Origin: Pristiophorus japonicus
Lineage: Eukaryota
Direction of reading: 5' to 3'
DNA: 64,000 bases
Assembly (NCBI RefSeq): GCF_044704955.1
Contig: NC_091985.1
Location: 115,320,001 to 115,384,000 of the forward strand
Positions 1 to 10,774 of this stretch are shown here, piece by piece; position 1 is the stretch's first letter, and every line of letters starts with the position of its first letter. A program made the translations under genes and the position numbers. The notes beneath the pieces were generated by a model. It worked only from the letters and a program-made list of their open reading frames with translations. It did no database searches and was not told where the DNA came from.

Positions 1-572
1 GTATAGAAGACACCTCAAGTCGCTGGAGATGTATCACCAACGATGTCTCCGCAAGATCCTGCAAATCCTCTGGTTGGACAGGCACACCAACATGTGTCCT
101 CGTCCAGGCTAACATCTCCAGCATTGAAGCACTGACCACGCTCGATCAGCTTCGCTGGGCAGGCCACATAGTTCGCCTAAGCAAATACTCTATGCGGAGC
201 TCCTTCATGGCAAACAAGCCAAAAAGTGGGCAGCGGAATCATTACAAGGACCCCCTCAAAGCCTCCCTGGTAAAGTGCGACATCACCACTGACACCTGAG
301 AGACCCTGGCTGAAGACCGCCCTAGGTGGAAAAAGTGCATCCGGGAGGTCGTTGAGCTCTTCAAGTCTCAATGCCGAGAACGTGAAGAGGTCAAGCGCAG
401 GCAACGGAAGGAGTGCGCGGCAAACCAGTCCCACTCAGCCCTTCCCTCGATGAATGTCTGTCCCACCTGTAACAGGGTCTGTGGTTCTCGTATTGGACTG
501 TTCAGCCACCAAAGAACTCACTTTAGGAGTGGAAGCAAGTCTTCTTCGATTCCGAGGGACTGCCTATGATGA
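1..572 (+). mobile_element. RTE-clade LINE, 3' end (degenerate)
   Basis: Translates across frameshifts as YRRHLKSLEMYHQRCLRKILQI... with a C-terminal CPTCNRVCGSRIGLFSHQRTH zinc finger and ends in GAGGGACTGCCTATGATGA. Same family as 24030-25549. Confidence 0.8.
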
Positions 573-924
573 CATTTCCAAAAGACTCTCGAGCCCAAAT
601 TTATTTTGAAAGAGTCATTCACTGTGTAAAGATCCACGGGGAAATGTCACCTGTTTATCGGTGAGAAAGGCCCTACTCAGGTGATTTCCACACACAAGTG
701 ATTACCCCGATCTATGATTTTGTCCCTTTCTATTGATAATTTGTTTTTAACCTGATGTGGACAGTGTATCTTGAGTGCATTACCTGGGTGTATTTACATT
801 CAATGATATTTTGAAGTTTTCCTCTCTACTGCTGTTTCCCGCAAGATCATTAAAATTGCCATATTTGGGTTTCCAGTCCATGCGCTTTATTGTGCAGCAA
901 GCTTCAGTCTGTCAACTTCAACAG

Positions 925-1520
925 CTCAGAGCCAGCACTGAATTAGAAACCAGAAATGCGAGTGCAGCTCAGAAACTTCTTTCTTACTTAAGTTCATAAG
1001 AACTTAAGAGCTTGAGCACAGAGCTGGGAGATTCGCAAACTGAGTGAGGAAATTTGAGCGCGCAGAAATTCGGTGGAGAGGAGGAAGGCAGTGGAGACAT
1101 CTGACTGAAAAGGAGGAGTGGAACCACAGAACCCAAGGTCTCTATCTTAATAGACGCTAAAACAGACCTGCAGGACAGCGAAAGCGGCAGCAGATAAAGG
1201 TAGGCCCAAGAGCCCGGAGGGATCGCGAGTGTCAGGGAACGAGGTAAGTGACGTCAGCGCAAGGGAATGAGCTGATTGGTTGAATGAATTTTTAAGTCCT
1301 AAGTTTATTTTTATTAAGTTACTAAAAAATGAGGTTACTTCATAGTTAAAAAATAAAGGCATGGCTAGGCAGCTCAGTCCTGCAGAATGCACATCCTGTG
1401 CCATGTGGGAACTCCAGGATGCTTCCCGTGTCCTGGATAATCACGTATGTAGGAGGTGTCATCAGCTGGAGGAGCTCGAGCTCCAGATTTCGGTGCCTGA
1501 GCAGTAGCTGGCAAACTCGG
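925..1520 (+). mobile_element. CR1 LINE 5' UTR and ORF1 N-terminus (fragment)
   Basis: ATG at 1361 gives MARQLSPAECTSCAMWELQDASRVLDNHVCRRCHQLEELEL, a CxxC..CxxC plus leucine-zipper start. Homologous to the ORF1 start at 32986. Confidence 0.75.
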
Positions 1521-2242
1521 GCTCCAGTCAGATCTGAAAGTTGACAAGTTCAGTTTGGATCATCAGCTTTCAGTTTACCCAGTCTTAAAAGGCTGGGACC
1601 TGTTAGAGTTGGGAACAGCACATTTCCTGGGAGTCGGATCGCTGACTGACATGCTGGGAGTTGGAGAATCAGGAAAAGGACAGTCAGCTGTGAGACTCCG
1701 CTCTGTTCACAGACTCTTCTTCCCTCTCCGTGAATTCGGTCCAGGAATGATTAATAGCGATGGATTCATGAACAGCAAAAACCCTGCAGGGAAATATCCC
1801 AAATGGAGCTTCTTAAAGGGTCAAATCTCCAACTAAAGAAGTTAAGGATAGCATGTGATTGAAATCAGAAGCTTATAATGTTGCGAAGAATAGTAGTAAG
1901 CCTGAGCATTGGGAGAGTTTCAGAAACAAGCAAAAAGTGACCTTAAAATTGATAATAAGGGAAACAGTAGACTATGAGAGAAAACTAGCAAGAAATATAA
2001 GAGCTTTTACAAGTATGTAAAAAGGAAGAGAGTAGCAAAAGTAAATATTGGAAGCTTGAAGACTGAGGCAGGACAAATTATTATGGGGAATAAGTAAACG
2101 GCAGAAACATTAAACAAATATTTTGTATCTGTCTTCATAGCAGAAGACGCAAAATGCATACCTAAAATGATGGGGAACCGAGGGTCTAATGAGGGTGAGG
2201 AACTTAATGTAATTCATATAAGTAGAGAAACTAATGGGATTA

Positions 2243-5200
2243 ACATAAGAACATAAGAAATAGGAGCAGGAGTAGGCCATATGGCCCCTCGAGCCTGCTC
2301 CGCCATTTAATACGATCATGGCTGATCCGATCATGGACTCAGGTCCACTTCCCTGCCCACTCTCCATAACCCCTTATTCCCTTATCATTTAAGAAACTGT
2401 CTATTTCTGTCTTAAATTTATTCAATGTCCCAGCTTCCACAGCTCTCTGAGGCAGCAAATTCCATAGATCCACAACCCTCTGAGAGAAGAAATTTCTCCT
2501 CATTTCTGTTTTAAATGGGCAGTCCCTTATTCTAAGATTATGCCCTCTAGTGCCAGTCTCCCCTATCAGTGGAAATATCCTCTCTGCATCCACCTTGTCA
2601 AGCGCCCTTATAATCTTATAAGTTCCGATAAGATCACCTCTCATTCTTCTGAATTCCAATGAGTAGAGGCCTAACCTACACAACTTTTCCTCATAAGTCG
2701 ACCCCCTTATCTCTGGAATCAACCTTGTGAACCTTCTCTAAACTGACTCCAAAGCAAGTATATGCTTTCGTAAATATGGAAACCAAAACTGCACGCAGTA
2801 TTTCAGGTGTGGCCTCACAAATACCCTGTACAACTTTAGCAAGACTTCCCTGCTTTTATACTCCATCCCCTTTGCAATAAAGGCCAAGATTCCATTGGCC
2901 TTCCTGATCACTTGCTGTACCTGCATACTAACCTTTTGTGTTTCATGCACAAGTACCCCAGGTCCCGCTGTACTGCAGCACTTTGCAATCTTTCTCCATT
3001 TAAATAATAACTTGCTCTTTGATTTTTTTCTGCCAAAGTGCAATCTCTCACACTTTCCAATATTATACTCCATCTGCCAAATTTTTGCCCACTCACTTAG
3101 CCTGTCTATGTCCTTTTGCAGATTTTTTTGTGTCCTCCTCACACATTGCTTTTCCTCCCATCTTTGTATGGTCAGCAAATTTGGCTACGTTACACTCGGT
3201 CCCTTCTTCCAAGTCGTTAATATAGATTGTAAATAGTTGGTGTCCCAGCACTGATCCCTGCGGCACCCCACTAGTTACTGGTTGCCAACCAGAGAATGAA
3301 CCATTATCCCAACTCTCTGTTCCTTATTAGTTAGCCAATCCTCTATCCATGCTAATATATTACCCCCAACCCCGTGAACTATTATCTTGTGCAGTAACCT
3401 TTTATGTGGCACCTTGTCAACTGCCTTCTGGAAGTCCAAATACACCACATCCACTGGTTCCCCTTTATGCACCCTGTTCGTTACATCCTCAAAGAATTCT
3501 AGCAAATTTGTCAAACATGACTTGCCCTTCATAAATCCATGCTGACTCTGCCTGACCGAATTTTGCTTTTCCAAATGTCCTGCTACTGCTTCTTTAATAA
3601 TGGACACCAACATCTTCCCAACCACAGATGTTAGGCTAACTGGTCTATAGTTTCCTGCTTTTTGTCTGCCTCTTTTAAATAGGGGCGTTACATTTGCAGT
3701 TTTCCAATCTGCTGGGACCTCCCCAGAATGAAGGGAATTTTGGTAAATTACAACTAATGCATCCACTGTCCCTGCCGCTACTTCTCTTAAGACCCTAGAA
3801 TGCAAGCCATCAGGCCCAGGGGATTTATCTGCCTTTAGTCCATTAACTTACTGAGTACCACCTCCTTATGATTGTGATTGAGTTAAGTTCATCCCCCCAC
3901 CCCTCCCCCCCATAGCCCCTTGACTATCTACTGTTGGAATATTATTAGTGTCCTCCACTTTAAAGACTGATACAAAATATTTGTTCAGAGTTTCTGCCAT
4001 CTCCATGTTCCCCATTACTAATTCCCCGGTCTCGTCCTCTAAGGGACCAACATTTACTCTAGCCACTCTTTTCCTTTTTATATACCTATAGAAACTCTTG
4101 CTATCTGTTTTTATATTTTATGCTAGTTTACTTTCATAGTCTATCTTCCCTTTCTTAATCATTTTTTTAGTCATTCTTTGTTGGCTTTTAAACGCTTCCC
4201 AATCTTCTGTCCTCCCACTAGTTTTGGCCACATTGTATGCTCTTGTTTTTTAGCCACGGATGGCTATCTTTTCTCTTACGCCCTTTCCTCCTCACTGGAA
4301 TATATTTTTCTTGAGTGTTGTGAAATATCTGCTTTAATGTACACCACTGTTCATCAACCGTCCTACATTTTAATCTATTCTCCCAGTCCACTTTAGCCAA
4401 CTCAGCCCTCATACCTTCATAGTCTCCTTTATTTAAGCTTAGTATGCTGGTTAGAGATACAATTTTCTCACCCTCCATCTGAATTTGAAATTCAACCATG
4501 CTATGATCACTCATTCCAAGGGGATCCTTTACTAGGAGATTGTGTATTAATCCTGACTCATTACACAGGACTAGATCTAAGATAGCCTGCCCCCTGGTTG
4601 GTTCTGTTATATACTGCTCGAGGAACCTGTCTCTTATGGATTTTATGAACTCTTCCTCAAGGCCAATGTGATTTGTCCAATCAATATGGAGGTTTAACTC
4701 ACCCATGATTATTGCTGTTCCCTTTTTGCAAGCCCCCACTATTTCCTGGTTCATGCTCCGACCAACAGAGTTGTTACCGTTAGGGGGCCTGTAGACTACA
4801 CCCACCAGTGACCTTTTCCCTTTATTTTGTTTATCTCCAACCAAACTATTTCAACATCCTGATCATTTGAGCCAATATCGTTTCTCACTATTGCAGTGAT
4901 TGCATCCTTTATCAATAGAGCTACTCCTTTTCCTTTCTTTCGGTCCAAATACCCCTGAATATTTAATTCCCAGTCCTGGTCACCTTGCAACCATGTCTCT
5001 GTAATGGCTATCAGATCATACCCATTTGTCTCAATTTGTGCTGTCAACTCATCTATTTTGTTACAATTGCTACGTGCATTTAGACAAATCGCTTCTCGGC
5101 CTTTTGGCTAAGATCATGCGTAACTTACCTGACAGGGGAGTAACCATGACCCCAACGTGGTTCTCCCTGGATCAGGAAGGTGATTCTCCTATGCTTTTTG

Positions 5201-5838
5201 GAAATAGGAGGTGGGTGGGGTGGATTGACCCATCCACCTCCACGGAGGTGTGTGGGGGGCCTGACCCATCCACCTCCATGGCACGAACCTGGTATTGCAG
5301 TACTTCCAGGAACGGTGCAGTGGCTCTAGGCCTTTTGGCTAAGAGCATTGGCGCAGAGTGATCCTTGATGTGTGCAAGGTGACCTCTGGCGTTTGTAATC
5401 TGACAAGATGATCTGACAAAGAATTGGAAAGATTGGCAACGAATAAATTTTTTTTTAAATTGCCTCTAAATTTGTTTTTTTACCCTTTTTTCCTGCTTAT
5501 TCCTCTCTCCTTCAATCTCACTTTCTTTATTTTTGTTTTCTAATTCCAGCTTTATCCCCTCCCTGCTGAATCAATTTTCAGGTTCCCATCCCCCTGCCAA
5601 GCTAATTTAAACCCTCCCCAACAGCACTAGCAAACCCCCCGCAAGAATATTGGTCCCGGATCTGTTGAGGTGCAACCCATCTATCTTCTACAGGTCCCAC
5701 CTCCCCCAGAAGTGCTCCCATGCCTCAGGAAGCGAAAGCCCTCCTGCCTGCACCATCTCTCCAGCCACGTATTCATTTGCTCTATCCTCCTATTTCTGTA
5801 CTCACTAGCTCGTGGCACTGGCAGTAATTCAGAGATTA
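2243..5838 (-). mobile_element. CR1 LINE (ORF1 esterase 3' part, APE endonuclease, RT, 3' tail), degenerate
   Basis: Minus-strand ORFs contain ITETWL, VYRPPN, LDLVL, SDH (APE) and NYRPVSL, LDFQKA (RT). Tail reads ACATAAGAACATAAGAA on + at 2243. GATTA occurs at both junctions (2238-2242, 5834-5838). Confidence 0.9.
5088..5459 (+). mobile_element. Chimeric U2/U1 snRNA-derived retroposed element (SINEU-like candidate)
   Basis: 5088-5116 is identical to U2 nt 1-29 (ATCGCTTCTCGGCCTTTTGGCTAAGATCA). 5123-5176 is U1 5'-like (ACTTACCTGACAGGGGAGTAACCATGA). 5191-5319 is the U2 Sm site, duplicated SLIII and SLIV (ACCTGGTATTGCAGTACTTCCAGGAACGGTGCA). 5320-5347 is a second U2 SLI. A unique tail ends AATAAAT10AAA. 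The block interrupts a CR1. Confidence 0.75.
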
Positions 5839-6505
5839 AAAGCTGACAAATTCCCTGAACCTGCCTGCCTACATCCTAGGGTTCTAAACGAGGTGGCTGC
5901 AGAGATAGTGGAAGCATTGGTTTCTATCTTTCAAAATTCGCCAGACTCTAGAACGGTCCCAGCGGATTGGAAGGTAGCAAATGTAATATCGCTATCCAAG
6001 AAAGGGGGGAGAGAGAAAATAGGGAACTACAGGCCAGTTAGTCTGATATCAATTGTTGGGAAAATGCTGGAATCCATTGTTAAGGAAGTTGTATCATGAC
6101 ACTTAGATAATCGTAACATGATCAGGCAGAGTCAGCATGGTTTTATGAAAGGGAAATCGGGTTTGACAAATTTATTAGAGTTGTTTGAGGATGTAACTAG
6201 CAGGGTAGATAAAGGGAAACCTGTGGATGTAGTATATTTGGATTTACAAAAGGCATTCAATAAGGTGCCATATAAAAGGTTATTACACAAGATAAGGGCT
6301 CATGGGATTGGAGGTAATGTCTTAGCATGGATAGAGGATTGACAGAAAACAGAGAGTAGTGATAAACGGGTCTTTTTCAAGTTGTCAGGCTATAACTAGT
6401 GGGGTGCTGCAAGGATCAGTGCTGGGGCCACAGCTATTTACAATCTATATTAATGACCTAGATGAAGGGACCAAATGTAATTATTCAAGTTTGCTGATGA
6501 TACAA

Positions 6506-8791
6506 TGGATCATTAGGATGATGCATTATGATGGAGAATGAAACAGTTAATTCAGAGACATGGTCCAGAACTTAAGGAAGGGTAACTTTGAAGGTATGAG
6601 GCGTGAATTGGTTAGGATAGATTGGCGAATGATACTTAAGGGGTTGACTGTGGATGGGCAATGGCAGACATTTAGAGACCGCATGGATGAACTACAACAA
6701 TTGTACATCCCCGTCTGGCGTAAAAATAAAAAAGGGAAGGTGGCTCAACCGTGGCTATCAAGGGAAATCAGGGATAGTATTAAAGCCAATGAGGTGGCAT
6801 ACAAATTGGCCAGAAATAGCAGTGAATCCGGGGACTGGGAGAAATTTAGAACTCAGCAGAGGAGGACAAAGGATTTGATTAGGGCAGGGAAAATGGAGTA
6901 CGAGAAGAAGCTTGCAGGGAACATTAAGGCGGATTGCAAAAGTTTCTATAGGTATGTAAAGAGAAAAAGGTTAGTAAAGACAAACGTAGGTCCCCTGCAG
7001 TCAGAATCAGGGGAAGTCATAACTGGGAACAAAGAAATGGCAGACCAATTGAACAAGTACTTTGGTTCGGTATTCACTAAGGAGGACACCAACAACCTTC
7101 CGGATATAAAAGGGGTCAGAGGGTCTAGTAAGGAGGAGGAACTGAGGGAAATCTTTATTAGTCGGGAAATTGTGTTGGGGAAATTGATGGGATTGAAGGC
7201 CGATAAATTCCCAGGGCCTGATGGACTGCATCCCAGAGTACTTAAGGAGGTGGCCTTGGAAATAGTTGATGCATTGACAGTCATTTTCCAACATTCCATT
7301 GACTCTGGATCAGTTCCTATCGAGTGGAGGGTAGCCAATGTAACCCCACTTTTTAAAAAAGGAGGGAGAGAGAAAACAGGGAATTATAGACCGGTCAGCC
7401 TGACCTCAGTAGTGGGTAAAATGATGGAATCAATTATTAAGGATGTATAGCAGTGCATTTGGAAAATGGTGACATGATAAGTCCAAGTCAGCATGGATTT
7501 GTGAAAGGGAAATCATGCTTGACAAACCTTCTGGAATTTTTTGAGGATGTTTCCAGTAGAGTGGACAAGGGAGAACCAGTTGATGTGGTATATTTGGACT
7601 TTCAGAAGGCTTTCGACAAGGTCCCACACAAGAGATTAATGTGCAAAGTTAAAGCACATGGGATTGGGGGTAGTGTGCTGACGTGGATTGAGAACTGGTT
7701 ATCAGACAGGAAGCAAAGAGTAGGAGTAAATGGGTACTTTTCAGAATGGCAGGCAGTGACTAGTGGGGTACCGCAAGGTTCTGTGCTGGGGCCCCAGCTG
7801 TTTACACTGTACATTAATGATTTAGACGAGGGGATTAAATGTAGTATATCCAAATTTGCGGATGACACTAAGTTGGGTGGCAGTGTGAGCTGCGAGGAGG
7901 ATGATGTGAGGCTGCAAAGCGACTTGGATAGGTTAGGTGAGTGGGCAAATGCATGGCAGATGAAGTATAATGTGGATAAATGTGAGGTTATCCACTTTGG
8001 TGGTAAAAACAGAGAGACAGACTATTATCTGAATGGTGACAGATTAGGAAAAGGGGAGGTGCAATGAGACCTGGGTGTCATGGTACATCAGTCATTGAAG
8101 GTTGGCATGCAGGTACAGCAGGCGGTTAAGAAAGCAAATGGCATGTTGGCCTTCATAGCGAGGGGATTTGAATACAGGGGCAGGGAGGTGTTGCTACAGT
8201 TGTACAGGGCCTTGGTGAGGCCACACCTGGAGTATTGTGTACAGTTTTGGTCTCCTAACTTGAGGAAGGACATTCTTGCTATTGAGGGAGTGCAGCGAAG
8301 ATTCACCAGACTGATTCCCGGGATGGTGGGACTGACCTATCAAGAAAGACTGGATCAACTGGGCTTGTATTCACTGGAGTTCAGAAGAATGAGAGGGGAC
8401 CTCATAGAAACGTTTAAAATTCTGATGGGTTTAGACAGGTTAGATGCAGGAAGAATGTTCCCAATGTTGGGGAAGTCCAGAACCAGGGGTCACAGTCTAA
8501 GGATAAGGGGTAAGCCATTTAGGACCGAGATGAGGAGAAACTTCTTCATCCAGAGAGTGGTGAACCTGTGGAATTCTCTACCACAGAAAGTAGTTGAGGC
8601 CAATTCACTAAATATATTTAAAATAGAGTTAGATGAAGTCCTTACTACTCGGGGGATCAAGGGGTATGGCAAGAAAGCAGGAAGGCGGTACTGAAGTTGC
8701 ATGTTCAGCCATGAACTCATTGAATGGCGGTGCAGGCTAGAAGGGCTGAATGGCCCACTCCTGCACCTATTTTCTATGTTTCTATGTTTCT
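6506..8791 (+). mobile_element. Young 5'-truncated CR1 LINE (RT), nested in older CR1
   Basis: Long RT ORFs 6560-7450, 7453-8067, 8080-8694 ([13 protein letters not shown]). (TTTCTATG)n tail. Host CR1 resumes at 8792. Confidence 0.92.
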
Positions 8792-10069
8792 AAAGCTAGG
8801 TGGAACAGTAAGCTGTGAGGAGAAAACAAAACACCTGCAAAGGGATATAGATAGACTAAGTGAATGGGCAGTAAGGTAGCAGATGGAGTATAATGTAAGG
8901 ACATGTGAGATTATTCATTTTGGTAGAAAGAATAGAAAAACAATGTTTTTTAAATGTTGAGAAACTTTTAAATGTTGGTGTTCAGAGAGATTTGGGTGAA
9001 TTTGTGCAAGAAACACAGAAAGCTAGCATACAGGTACAAGCAATAAGGAAGGCAAATGGCATGTTGTCCTTTAGTGCAAGGGGCTTGGAGTAGAAGAGTA
9101 AGGAAGCCTTGCTACAATTGTACAGCGCCTGGAGTACTGTGTACAGTTTTGGTTTCCTTATCTAAGGAAGGGTATACTTGCCTTGGAGGCAGTACAATGG
9201 AGGTTCACTAGATTGATTACTGGGATGAGAGGGCTGTCTTATGATGAGAGACTGTGTAGAATGGGCCTATACTCTCTGGAGTTTAGAAGAATGAAAGGTG
9301 ATCTCATTGAAACTTACAAGATTCTGAAGGGGATTGACAGGGTAGATGCTGAGAGATTGTTTCCCCTGACTGGAGAGGTTAGAACTAGGGGTCACGGTCT
9401 TAGCATAAGGGGATGGCCATTTAAGACAGAGATGAGGAGGGATTTCTTCACTCAGAGGGTTGTGAATCTTTGGAATTCTCTGCCCCAGAGGGCTGTGGAT
9501 GCTGAGTCTCTGAATATATTCAAGGCTGCGATAGATAGATTTTTGGAGTCTAGATGAATCAAGGGATATGGAGTTCCAGTGGGAAAGTGGAGTTGAGGTC
9601 GATGATCAGCGATGATCTTATTGAATGGTGGAGCAGGCTCAATGGGCCGTAGAGCTTACCCCTGCTCCTATTTCTTATGTTCTTATGTTCTTAAAGGGTC
9701 TCGATCCTTTGCCCCAGTCCGGGACATTTTATTCAGAGTCTGATTACTGTGAAATGTGCAAAGTCCTGCACTGATATAATCTTCCACAGTTACAGTAACA
9801 ATTCTAATTTCAGCTGGCGTAATAAGTATTGACACTGTATCCATTTCCCACTCATAATTAAAACCGTGTCCTATAAGACAGACTGAGAGAATGTTATAAG
9901 ATGAATGTACTGTAACACAACAACAGAAATAGCCTGAACTCGAATTAAATAGACAATGGTTTGTTACACTGTTTGGTCACTTTAGATATTCAGCATAATT
10001 GGTGCCAACGAACCGGAAGCTGCACAAAAGCTTACTGCGCAAGGCAACAACCGAAAGTATGATGTTTCT

Positions 10070-10160
10070 GAAATAAAAACAGAAAATGTGTAAATCTCAG
10101 TGGGTCAGGCAGCATCTGTGGAGAGATCAGAGTTAACGTTTCAAGTTGATGACCCATCGT
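10070..10160. repeat. Short repeat AAAAACAGAAAATG...GGTCAGGCAGCATCTGTGGAGAG (probable Penelope terminal-repeat fragment)
   Basis: A reverse-complement relative lies at 54890-54930. The Penelope assignment is from recollection only. Confidence 0.45.
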
Positions 10161-10307
10161 CAGATGTTTCTGCTTTTTATAAGGATGCAGCTGTTTGCAC
10201 TACAAAATGCTCTGATTGGCTCGCCACGATCACATGGCCTGATTACCGATTGGTCCCCTTGGAGAATAAGACATACCCAGAAGTTTCTCTGGAATGTGTA
10301 ACTGGAA

Positions 10308-10592
10308 TCACCCAGCCCAAGTTCTGAGTGACTTTGCAAAGTGTAATTCGAGCCATTCTGACCAGACCCCAGACAGGATAGAGCTCCCCATCCCAGCACA
10401 AGTTCCTGACACCCTCAGCCCAAGTTCATGCACCCTCCCACCCAAGTTCATGCCTGCTCCAGCCCAAGTTCATTAACACCCCCCCCTCCCACCCCAGCTC
10501 AGGTTCATTAACCACACCCCCACCCCAGCCCAATTTCCTGATCCCATCCCAGCCCAAGTTCCTGCCTCATTTCTAGCCCAAGTTCCTGACCT
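10308..10592. repeat. Degenerate minisatellite (CCCAGCCCAAGTTC core)
   Basis: The core recurs about 8 times with variable spacers. Confidence 0.7.
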
Positions 10593-10774
10593 TAACGCCC
10601 CCCCCCCACCCCTGCCACCATGGGGCATTGTGTGTGGGTCACGTATTGGTTATGAAGTGAATGGCTGTCGTGATTTCCGTATCTCCAATGATGTCCCTTG
10701 TCACACACACACCGAGCTTTCCGAGAAATCGGTGTGGATGTAAAGAGGGAAGAACATGATCCATCTTCCCTGAG

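Larger units (their letters stand above)
1850..9692 (+). mobile_element. Old CR1 LINE ORF2/3' end, split by two nested CR1 insertions
   Basis: Pieces 1850-2242, 5834-6505 and 8792-9692 rejoin in register (CTAATGGGATTA|AAAGCTGAC; GATGATACAA|AGCTAGG). RT motifs NYRPVSL, QHGFMKG, LDLQKAF, QGSVLGP. Ends in a (TTCTTATG)n tail. Confidence 0.85.

Noticed and set aside
5088-5319. Functional U2 or U1 snRNA gene
   Set aside because: U2 lacks its central stem II region and has a mutated branch-pairing sequence, U1 is only the 5' third, and the flanks are CR1 sequence rather than a PSE promoter or 3' box.
5346-5385. Faint U4-like (TGGCGCAG) and U6-like (TGTGCAAGGTGAC) words in the element tail
   Set aside because: Too short and mismatched to separate from chance without a covariance-model search.
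10005-10230. CCGGAAG, ACTGCGCA and ATTGG words suggesting a housekeeping promoter
   Set aside because: Short motifs, no CpG island and no linked exon.
10620-10770. Unique 150 bp with hairpin CACACCGA..TCGGTGTG between two low-complexity tracts
   Set aside because: An 8-bp stem is expected by chance; no recognisable RNA family or protein.
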